Assembly (NCBI RefSeq): GCF_964204645.1
Contig: NC_134029.1
Coordinates: forward strand, 19,710,950-19,774,949
Reading direction: 5' to 3'
DNA length: 64,000 nucleotides
Source: Tubulanus polymorphus
Taxonomy: Eukaryota; Animalia; Nemertea
Every line of letters starts with the position of its first letter. Position 1 is the first letter of the stretch. Positions 1-11,271 of this stretch are shown in pieces. Under the pieces are notes generated by a model. That model saw nothing but the letters and a program-made list of their open reading frames with translations, ran no database searches and had not been told where the DNA came from. The translations under genes were made by a program, and so were the position numbers.

Positions 1-2788
1 TCGACGCGCCTCGATTTTTCCACCGTCGACAATGAAATTTAAGTCGATGCAGAAAGTATTCTTCCTACGACGTTCTTCATGTCCCATGCCTCATGCATCA
101 AACACGGTATATATATAGATATATGTATATGTATATACGCGCACGGTAGTTGAAATCTGGTTAGTTTTGTTTCGTGGGTAATTCTATTGTGTGTGTGCGA
201 ATGTTTTATCCGAATATCAACATCCATTAGACTAAAATATCCCATTAACTTTCACCTATTATCGTCGCGTTTCTGAAAAGCGAGTTTCGTAACGTAAGGA
301 CGGTTTTTGCCGATTTCAGCCCGATAGAAAAATCTCGTCGCGCGGCTCTGAAATAAATAAGAGAGTAGTTCATAATTGGTTCTGCGCGTTTGTTTTCAAT
401 AGCTTTCGAAATTCAAACAATTATTTCAAACGTCATATCGATATGAAGTGGAAAAACCGCGTTTAAACATATAATATACCCATGTATTAGATGTGAAAGC
501 CGAATATGATTATAAAACCACTCCTACACGTTAATGTCGGATCATGTTTGACCTTTCTGTGTGATGAAAGTTTCGTCTTATATGAATTCGTTTAATTATT
601 AATAGCTTTTTAGATTATTCTATTGAAACAAAAACACGCCGGCGAACGTAACAACACCGCAGTCGTCAACCAGTTCAGGCCGGATGGACTAAGATAGTTT
701 ACATTAATCGGGACCGAAATTTAAAATCGTGTATGTACTTCGATATATACCAAGCAATTGCGTAAATTGGACCGACCATCCGATTACTTCCAACTTCAAA
801 ATCAAACCCCCTGTTTCGTTCACGGTCGGTGTGGGGATGGGTTTTAAGGGAAAGCACACAATGAAATTGATAATTCGAGTGAATTAGAGGTAACGAACTC
901 CCCTATTTCAGTCCACAACATACCTGTCGGGGGTATTCGAGTCTAAAAACCAATCAAAATCTTCGAAATCATTTTCTATTGGCAAACTGCCACACGGACT
1001 GTATCTTAACACTATTGAATATCGTGCACGAGGTCTATATATATTGTTCTCTAAATGATGGGCGAGATGATGTTGAAGTCGGATAGAATCGCGCCGAACA
1101 ACGAACTCCATTAGATTCTGAATACGCCGTATACGAGGTTCGTCTTAAGAAATCGAAACGAACTGAATCGACAGTGAATGTTTATATCAATTTCAATCGT
1201 CAGGCGTTGACACAATACTTTTGTAATTGTCGCCTTTATTTAGACTCCATCGATTTTTGTTCGGACATGTTGAGACTATTTGAGAAGTGGTCGATATCTG
1301 AAAGCGATGACCGGTATTCCAGCCAGTAATAAGAGATATCTGAAATACAAACAATTTCCAAATCATAACGCCCATGCGTATACTTATTCCTATACTTATT
1401 TTAGGATAACGAGTTTATCGAAAAGTAGATTCGATCGAACCCTGAAGAAAAAGAAGAATATATATTGCATTTATCATATAACATAGTCAATCGTATCATA
1501 TGATAGTCTTAACTTTGACCGCGAGCGCATTCTTCGATGTTTTTGTGTCCCAGGGCTATTCTTAAGTATTTAGTTGGGAGGTAGGGCAATATACGTTTCT
1601 TCATATTAGGCGGATAGGATTTTTTTTGTTTATAATGCATTGTTATACAAATACAGGCATTATCAATATATCGACATTTGTACATAATAACTAAGTACCG
1701 GTTCTTTGGTTTCACCTTATATAGCCTAGCCTTCATCTGCACACGCATATCTTCAAAAAATAACCGTCGTAGATTCGAACACGTTTTCACAAACAACGTG
1801 TAAAAAACGACGTAAATATTGCAAAATTAGTTTGATGATAGCCAGACATTGCGTTTAGAGCCTGTATCTTTCACGTAAGCATACTATACTACCGAGTCTA
1901 TATTTACCAATTGCATTTCCATTCGAAAAATGCAAAAAAATCGAGAGAAACACCTTTAGACAGTGCTTGATAGACAAATGAGCCTTCTCGGACACTTGAA
2001 ATACGGTCAAATAAGGAATAACCATAGTTTTTATATTCGTAACTCGAGGCTGAATCGAAAAAGTATAATTTCGCCCGCACAGCAGCAATATCATATTCTG
2101 ATATCGGATTATCCGGCTGCATGTTGCCATGGATTCGCTCACAAATTTCAAATCGCGGCAGCACCGCTCGAAAACAGAAGAATCGAGTGAGATAAATCAT
2201 TAACGATATGTCCAGTTAATTAGGTTATGGCATTTTCTCGAGATCGAGTCGGGCACGATTAGAAATACATCAAAGTCAGTCAAACCAATTTCCTGTTCCT
2301 GCGATCAAAAAGCAGGATTCGTTCGTGAAATATCTCGATTGCTTTTAAGCGGCGTTCGTTCGATTGCGCGGGTTGCTCCGGGTACAATTTATACGACGAC
2401 CGATATCATAAAACTTATGTGTTGGCATTTACGGTCTTATGTTCCGACGGCGTTTTATATTGATAAATCCCACGAAGGAACTGAGCCACCATCTTCGGCT
2501 AGTTAGGGTATATATACTCGTGTATAGAATCAATCGGAGCTCGACGAACGGATTTTTCGTAGATTCGTCGCTGGGCAGATATACTGTGCCGGAAAAGTTA
2601 TAGGCTAGCTTATATCGGCGATGAAGAACGTTATTTCTCCAATCCAAAACGACAGACTAGAAATGTTTCCGTTTTGTTCGGTGATCTTCGAGACGATTAG
2701 TCGCAGAGCCAAATAAGAGATGAGGATTTTCTCGGAGACAGGGTTCTCCAAGGCACCGTTCATTATATAACCGGCCGATCTGATATTA

Positions 2789-3060
2789 GTCTGGCTCCCA
2801 CACAGAATAATACTGCGCATTATGAGGATTTTATGAAATTAACAGGATTTAATCGTAACTTGAATGGCTTCGATTTCAGAAGGAGTATCCACTCATCCGG
2901 GCCCTTTTTGAAAATGGCGGCCATCTTTAAAAAATGGCCCGGATGAGTGGGCACCCCTTCTGAAATTGAAGCCATATATGCTACCATCAAAGCCTGAAAA
3001 TTTAATAAAATCCTCACAATGCGTAGTATTATTCTGAAAGTTGTGATCTGGGAGCCAGAC
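2789..3060. mobile_element. Foldback/palindromic MITE
   Basis: GTCTGGCTCCCA...TGAGGATTTTAT...CCACTCATCCGGGCC / GGCCCGGATGAGTGG...ATAAAATCCTCA...TGGGAGCCAGAC, an imperfect palindrome centred at about 2920. Confidence 0.75.
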
Positions 3061-5379
3061 ATATACATTATGGTCCACGCGAACAGGCCTATATACCGAC
3101 TTGCTTTATCCGCGTTTTAGCGATTCCTTTCGTTCTTCTTTATCGGGGATTTAATTTAGACGCGGTATGTAAACGAGACACAATGAATCAATGCCCGGTT
3201 GTACAACTACTACGCTTCTGTACAGAAGCTCATTAGCTCGCTTGTGTTATGCAGCTCGAGTCAACTCTGATTTCACTTCCAATTCATCAATAACGTGCCG
3301 GGTAATCAATCTTTTTAATCGCCTGATTCGTCCCACATTTAATCAACAAGCATTTTTATCTTGTTGAGCTTATGCTTTTTGCGTTCGGTGAAATCTGGGC
3401 AGTGGACCGCGAGAGGCTGCCGCCGTTTGAACACGGATAAGCTAGGAAACAACGTATCACACTTGGCGAATCGATGTCGTCTGCAGGGAGGCTGCTGATC
3501 GTGTCAAGACTACGCATAGCACTATTTCTGTAATGATGAATTGGTCCATAAATGACCTCGTACTTGGGAAGATATATTTCACTTTTGAAGTGTCTGATTA
3601 CGGGACTTGTTGTTCGCTGGTGGTGTCACCCTCGCGCTTCCATTCTTCTCTAAAAATCCTGTTTAGGTAAACACATCATATGACGTATAAGCCTCCGGCG
3701 ACATCGTATGATCTATTGGAGGATATTTCTTAAAACATGCATAGATAGATATGTATTCTTAGCAATAAGGGTCTGTGATGTATAAAGCTTGTTGACAGAA
3801 TATTCAGGTCGTGTGCGTTAATATATGTAGTGGGGAACATGACCCCTTAAAATATGGAATTCCGTATGATTGAATATCATCAGATAGCGACTGGCATTTG
3901 AAAGTATAATCTCTAGTTTCAGGATATAGCGACAATCTATCCTATCGATATCTTGCGTACAGTCACCACTTGGCTTGGTCCAAAGTTGTTACAGCCTGTG
4001 GGCACTGTGGCTGCACCCTCAATTATCGATGTAAACCCCGCGTTTATATTGATCATTTCATTATCTTTTAAGTGAAAAATAAATTATATCATATATCCGA
4101 TATAGGGGCACCGTCTCCATATACATTGAACCACTTTCAGGACTCGACTTAAGCTTTTTTATTTCATGCATAAAGTCCACCAATAAATCCAAGCCGACGA
4201 AGCTTCATTCGGGCCAAATTACCCCATTGTCAAATGATGTACTGACGACACCCACCTAGCCGGGTTTATGAGGAATTCCGACGGCGTTCGTTTCGCGTTA
4301 GGCGAGATTTATTTCAGTCGGTATTCGATGATTTCCATCTCGTTCACGTATCTACCTAATACCGTTGACAGAGCTGCGCGTTCGAGCATAACATAACACT
4401 TCTCAAATCAAATATACCGTCAGGCCTTTTAGGCTAGATGAATTACCAGTGTTTCAACGCGTCGGTAACAAGTGCATTTATTCCGTGTATAAACTCGGCG
4501 TGTATTGATTTAAAACGTTATTCGCCGATGCAATTCTATATGCATCGATCAGCGCGTGGTGGCGGGAAAAATGCTTCGTGTCAAAAATGATGAATTGGCC
4601 CCCCGTGTAAAATTGTTTGCGATATCGTTAACGTAGAAGTGTATACATATACTACATAATTAATACGCACAAGGGTTGATTAAAGATTTCGTCTTTTGGA
4701 GAGATTTCCTAGTTTTTAATGTTTAGACGGAGATTTCGCGTTAGAACCTATATATACACCGAACTATTGTCGAACTTATGGATACAACTGCTTCACAAAA
4801 TAAAACCCACAATCGAAGAAAAACTGTAGTAGGACGTTACCATTTTCGTCTCAAATGTTTTAAAAAGCTGAGATTTGAGATACAACCTTTACATCCTGTT
4901 ATCTTCATGAGAGAATCAATAATTGTGGGTTTTATTCGTCAACTGAATGAGACAGATGAAAAAGCGACACCGTCGAGAAGTAAAGATATAACCAGACATA
5001 AATCATCTTATTTTTTGTTACGTAACGATTCCCTGTACGAACGATATTGCTACCGGAAATAGTAAGAGCACTTCGTTGAACTCGCGCGGATGCTGTTGAA
5101 ATTGGGTGAAATATTCTGACGCAGTCTATTTATTGCTCGGCTGTGCCCAACTATAACTCTACCAGGTCTAAAAGTGCATAAAGCTTGTCTATAAAATTCC
5201 TCGTGCGTTGACTTTAAGATATTCGTTTTTATTCGCGAGATCGCTTAGAGTATTATTGTGACGGCGAAATGGCCGTACCTGTTCCGGAATCGTATTTGAT
5301 TCCGTGTTTCCCTGCGACGCGTGCGTTGGACTCGACGCGAAATGATTTTTTCATACAGCATGTTAATATCATAATTTCA

Positions 5380-5457
5380 CTTTTCTAATTTTAGGTAAGT
5401 GTTGGCGGGCGTTGCCGTTTTTGACGTTTTATGTTTGAACTTGTACATACGGTAAGA
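5380..5457 (+). other. Candidate recursive splice site (ratchet point) with RS-exon
   Basis: TTTTCTAATTTTAG|GTAAGT, followed 57 nt later by a second donor CG|GTAAGA. Confidence 0.45.
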
Positions 5458-7093
5458 CAAAACCGGAAAATTTCTATCGACCTGTACTTCGTAGATACTT
5501 CGACTACTAAACTTTAAATGCTACACAATACAATACCAAATTTAGACGTTATTAAAATTGCCCTGCATGTCTATTTTGCGGCAGATGTTTGAATTGTGGA
5601 AACATTAAATTTGTTAGAACGTGCGGTTTTTAATTGAATCTTCTTTGCGTGTCGACTACCGAGTCGGCGGCAAGACAATGCACCCGTTCGCGCCGTATAA
5701 CGCGACGGCCTCGGCGACGTATGTTTCAATTTATTTGTCAACTTGTGACAATTTGAGGAAAATTGTGGTTGAACGGAACGGTTCGAGTGGTGATTAACTG
5801 ACTCATGAAGTCACGAATCGAAGTTTCACGTATGACAAGCGCGGCAACAGCGGTTAGCAGACGTCGTGTTCTGTAACGGAAAAATTCAAATTCAAAATTC
5901 AAATCTACAACCGTCATTGTGCAACGTTAGCGGCAAAGCGGTTTTCTTCTGTAGAATAAAGTAATCCGCTTGATATCGCTGACAAATTTTTCCCACGCTT
6001 CCGAATACGAATTTACGATTTTTACACACGCACCGTTTTAACAAACAACCGGTTGCGGGTTTCAATTGTTAACACAAAATTCTAGAACCGAAAACGGAAG
6101 ACCCCCGCTGAGATCCCCGGATAAATACTGAGATAATTACATATCTAAAGCGACAAATGCTGTTGTAGGCGTAAAATGAAAGATATTCTGACCATCGGGT
6201 CAGCTTACAAACATATATATTTGCAATATAAGCTGCAAAATGTTAGTAACACTTGTTTTTCCCTAATCACGAAAAGTCTCGCAATTTATGACACAGCCAA
6301 TCGACGGAAACATGGCATAAGCCTTGGAAAAACATTTCCTCGATGCGCTGACAAAAGAAGTGGCAATTTCTACAATTACGGAATAATATTTAATGCTGTT
6401 TAGCCCATTCAGTCAGCTTAGCCGACAAGAGAATTAAATGCACTCACGCTGAGAAACGCATTAGTTACATCAGTGCTCGCTAGACAGGTGCTGTTCACGC
6501 CTTTGTGACCGAACGCGACCGGGTGCTTTTAGTCGCAGCAATCGTCATCAAGCTCATCGAAGCTAAATGGTGATTAATATATTTTTATCTCCATCGATCG
6601 GCGAAACGAATCATAATCATAACCTTAGTCATTAACTGTGATTAGTGCGAACGAACGAGAGAGTGGCTGCTGCACACTTTAGCGCGTGTACGGTTCATTT
6701 CGCTGATCGTCTGGTCGGTTTAAAAACTATGAATATCTAAACGCGATTGCGTCTCCGATGAACGTTTGTTTTGCGCGCTGACGTGTAAGCTCTCTCGTTT
6801 GTACTAAGTTGTTATTTGTAAGCGATAATGCTGATGGAGAGAAACTTCGGTTGATGCGAATAAATTTCAACGCGATGTCAATCAACAGAAGCTGAAGGTG
6901 GCAGCACCTCCTAGACGCGACGAACTCGCCTCGAAAAATAATCACGAACCATTGTTCTCGTACCCCAAACCGCACAGATGTTCAAAACTATAATAATGAA
7001 TGTTTCTTCTATTTGAGAATTTAAGAATTCTTCTTCCATAGATTTGTTTCAATTATTTAATGAGTCTCATGAATATAATTTAACTGATAAATT

Positions 7094-7387
7094 AATAGTA
7101 CGATAACCACACTCAAACGTGGTGAACGGATAAAAAGATAAAAAACCCACTATCTACAGATTAAAAGAATCTAAAATCAAGAATTTATCTATTCGAACAA
7201 TCTAAAATATATAATAAACACGACGTTTCGATCTCACCCTGGAGATCATCGTCATCGTCACACCTGACGATGATCTCTAGGGTGAGATCGAAACGTCGTA
7301 TTTATTATATATTTTAGATTGTTCGAATAAATAAATTCTTGATTTTAAAAATTCTTTTAATCTGTAGATAGTTGGTTTTTATCTTTT
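7094..7387. mobile_element. Second Penelope-like inverted pLTR palindromic insertion (different family)
   Basis: Inverted arms at about 7131-7254 and 7265-7389 with a few mismatches, an unpaired left extension (7094-7130), and a near-identical flanking direct repeat TAACTG(A/G)TAAATT at 7081-7093 and 7388-7400. A hammerhead motif sits at the centre. Confidence 0.8.
7260..7301 (+). ncRNA. Minimal type-I hammerhead ribozyme
   Basis: ACAC-CUGACGA-U-GAUCUC(UAGGGU)GAGAUC-GAAA-C-GUC/GUAU. The opposite arm reads GUGU, which restores a perfect stem I. GUC cleavage triplet and a palindromic ACGU stem III. Confidence 0.78.
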
Positions 7388-7690
7388 TAACTGGTAAATT
7401 GTTGTTAGAATTCTACGAAAGGCAGATAAACTTCGCCGATGCATAATACGACCATAATACGACCATAATACGGTAAAATTTCGAAAAACGCCTACACAGG
7501 GAAAAATTTATTCAGACGTTTCCTTGAGCTATAGATTATTTCATATGATATCTATTTGCTTCTGATTCAGTATGATAGAAAATGATTATAATCGGGAAAA
7601 ATGTTTACAGAATCTTGACAGGGACCTCAGAGGAAGGAGTTTATAGGCTGTGATCTAAGATATACTACTTCGACGTTTGGAAATAAACTA

Positions 7691-7925
7691 CAGCTGGCCG
7701 ATATAAGGGGAGGTGCAAGGGGTGTCCCCCCTCCCCCTTAAAAATGTTAAGTTGGCCCGAAATTTAACGGCAAGAATGAAATGTATTAAACTGATACACA
7801 AACAAGTTTAAGTTCATAAGCTTGTTCCCCGTACTTTCAAAAATAAGTTCATTTTGCCCTTTTGATTATATGATACCCTATTTTGGGGTGCACCTCTCTC
7901 TGACACAGACTCTAGACCCGTCTCT
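7691..7925 (+). mobile_element. MITE of the CAGGGGCGGATCC-TIR family (degenerate copy)
   Basis: The internal AAACTGATACACAAACAAGTTT..TTCATAAGCTT...ATACCCTATTTTGGGG is shared with 33339-33586. Confidence 0.7.
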
Positions 7926-8028
7926 ACAGTCTCGGAAACCTTTCGGAATCATTTTACCTTTTTCTATAATTACGGAAGAGTATCCAGATAGTAGTAAAAA
8001 CGCAACTATCAAAAGGTTTCCGAGACTG

Positions 8029-8185
8029 CAGGGGCGGATCTAGGGTCCGATTCAGGGAGGATGTACCTCTAGAATAGGGCATACCATATAGGGAAAAATA
8101 AACAAATTCATTTTTTGAAATACAGCGAAAAGCTTATGAATTTAAACTTGTTTATATATCAGTTTGATATATTTTATTTTGCCGT
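8029..8185 (-). mobile_element. Partial inverted copy of the same CAGGGGCGGATC MITE family
   Basis: Starts CAGGGGCGGATCTAGGGTC and contains AAGCTTATGAA..AAACTTGTTT..ATATCAGTTT, the reverse complement of the family core. Confidence 0.65.
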
Positions 8186-11101
8186 CTTCGTGAAGATTTT
8201 GAAAGCTGCGTTTTTGCTACTATTTCATTTTTGTATCGTGGGATTGTACCATATCATCTTTTTAACACGGATCGGAGTCACCGAGATTCTTAACATCGTC
8301 AACAACTATTGGCATCGCTAATCGAATAGTTCAACACGCTGCAAAGTTATCCAGTGCATTTTAATACTGTCAATATGTAAACCCTGAAAGGCGACGTGAA
8401 GCTTCGAATTAGATTAAAATTGTATGAACGAGTCGTTCGACGTACACACTGGGTTTAACCGCGCGGATGAGAGATGTGCAGTGCGACTATTTCGAGCCAT
8501 CAACCGAAACGTTATTACCGAGTCGTAGAGGGATCAGTGCGTTCTGCCACACCAATTAGTAAGGTCAATATAGCGACGACAACTACAAGATGGATGATCA
8601 CATTCAATATTTACTTTCCAAATTACACCATTTTTCACGAAATGCGTACAGATGAGGGTATACGTTAAACGTCTATGCCACAATCGGTTGTGGACAACTC
8701 GCACACGAACCCGAACAACTCGGAATATGTACTCGATCATATCGTTGAAGAACATAATGAAATAACGTCGCCACCCGGGCACTCGGGCCATTCAAGTGGC
8801 GATGGCATTCGATCATGAAATTACTATCAATCATAATCGCTGAAAATCAAAGCACAAAGGACTCGACAAACAGTTCTGACAGCGGCGTTTAATGGTCGCG
8901 GTACCATTTTGTCTATACGACGCGGCGTTTGAAGAATCGCGCCACACGAAGTGTTTGCATCATCGCTAAACGCGGAATGCTTCTCATGACGAAAAGAAAT
9001 GATGAAAGATAAGAAAATAATCAAACGAAATTTCAATCTAGTATTGGTTTGTAAACAGGGGATACAAATCCACACAAAAATGATATATTCGAATGATTCA
9101 TTTTTTTGCAAAAATAAAGATTGTTAATAACAAGAAAAAAAAAATCAATCTCAAATCTGAATGATTCCGTCATCTTTCGAAATAATTCTATCGTCACTTG
9201 AAAAGTTTTCTTTTTCATCGAATGGGGTACCCGCAACACTTAGTCTTACGTTCCAAAAATTAGTTCGTATTCAATGAACTTTGAACTGAATTTTTAGGCT
9301 CCCGAATCCATATATTATCACAGCACCCTACAGATATACAATACTTTCATTCTTCTACTCGGTATAGTTTTCATTAATTATTTGCTATATTTAGATAAAG
9401 GTTCATTTCAGTTATAATTGAAGTCGAATGACCGAGTAACTACTAGCGAACCTGGTGGATGCTCGCCTGCCACAGGATGGTTGCAGGTTCCCCGTATTGT
9501 AGGATAATCAATTTCTGAAAACCAAATCTGCGGCTGTTAGAAAAACCAGCAAAAACCGTATCCGCGGCGTGTTTCAATAACGCCGTAAGTAACGACGGCT
9601 TTTTGTAAATATTCATTCATATTTTTCCGTACGGTTTCGTCACGATTCAGGCTGTGTATGTATATAAACATTACGGGCGTCTCGATATCGTACGTCGAAC
9701 GAAGCCCGCGCATTATCATCTTACACGGCGTCGATAGATCCGTAAAAACAATGTCGCATGTGTTTCACCGTCGTGTCGCATAATCGCGCAATTTTCCATA
9801 ATAATCTCTCACCTTAAATACATTAATCACGGAGATAATGCATAAAAGCTATCTATTACGTGTATAAATCGCTGATATCTGAGATACCCGGTGCGGCATA
9901 TGCGTCTTCAGGGAATGTTGAATTAAGGAGACAAATTGCATTCGAGCAATATATCTCCATAACTGCAGCTACTGCAGATGAGCAGAAATGATCTTTCGAC
10001 TTCAGAAATATGTTATTTTTCCGACTCGATGCGTATCGAAGTACACGCGAGCGCCGATTTACAGTTCATCAACAGACGATCCGTTACTAATCGCCATTAT
10101 AGGCCGTTTCGAACGTTCTAACCGACAAAATGTAAGCGCTTCTTTTTACTAGGACCAAATGCGGGATTCCTCGCAACCGTTTATAAACACTGCTAGTTAT
10201 GCGTTTAAAATCTAAAAGATAAAAAGCAAACTTTATTACTCGGAAATCGAAAACAGGACACAAGGGTGATCTTTTTGATTTGTACATTGCGGATTTTGAT
10301 TACGAAAATCTATCCCCCAAGACTGAGTGTGGGTATTCCAGTAACTGCTGTTCATCGTTTAAATGTGTCAAAGTTACAAATGGTAACAATTGCAACTTAT
10401 TTATGACGTTTGCACGCTCGATCATTTTGATCGAAAAACGACGTTTCATTTCAATATCGCGCCATGCGCTATAGAACCAGGTAAATAAAGGTGAATTAAA
10501 TCCTAGTTCGTCTTTATTTATCCGCGCAATTGACCAGAACAGGCGTGCTGCGACGCTACCTAGTAATTCTGCGGCGAAGCCTACATGCTACGCAATTGCC
10601 TTAATCATGAAAGAGTATTCCCCGAACGAGCTTGATTTGGCAAATTTTCCTCATTTCCGCTATAATTTTCACTGTCCATCGAGCTGGCAATAAATACTTA
10701 ATTGCCAGTGCGCTGAGCGACAGGGAAATCATTAGTATGCCGAGCTAGGCCAAGACGTTGCTAATCCGCCATGAAGTGAACGCCATACGAGCGTCGTATC
10801 TCTTGTGGGTCTCAATTTTCAGACCGTGTTGCCGTTATTAATTGCACGGTGCGTAAGGCCGTGCGCGTTTGTCTTGCCATTCACAACTACCCGTAACGAT
10901 TGTTTCTTTTCCGTGACAAAAAGAAAAACCAGATCAATACATCTAGTCAAAATGACTTGCTTTCTTTACCTTACGACTTCCAGAAAAAGAGATGGTTTAG
11001 AGGATCACGATAGGTAAAACACAATATCCGTGTTGACGCGATGAGGAGAGAATCCCACAATGATAATAAAAAGTCCGAAAATGAAACTTCGAGATAGTAG
11101 T

Positions 11102-11147
11102 TTATTCAACGTTTCGACTATATCCTAATAGTCATCTTCAGGAATAA
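11102..11147 (-). ncRNA. Minimal type-I hammerhead ribozyme (mirror copy on the minus strand)
   Basis: Exact reverse complement of 11226-11271 in the other arm of the palindrome. Confidence 0.83.
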
Positions 11148-11225
11148 TGAGATACTACAGAAATTATGAGATATATTTTTTGTCCCTGGATTGTATATAT
11201 ATCTCATAATTTCTGTAGTATCTCA

Positions 11226-11271
11226 TTATTCCTGAAGATGACTATTAGGATATAGTCGAAACGTTGAATAA
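11226..11271 (+). ncRNA. Minimal type-I hammerhead ribozyme
   Basis: UUAUUC-CUGAAGA-U-GACUAU(UAGGAU)AUAGUC-GAAA-C-GUU/GAAUAA. It has a 6-bp stem I, a 6-bp stem II, an intact core, a palindromic AACGUU stem III and a GUU cleavage triplet. Confidence 0.85.

Noticed and set aside
3552-3670. ATG-led hydrophobic peptide as the missing signal exon of the Dpr-like gene
   Set aside because: It hits TAA before any donor and has no phase-1 junction.
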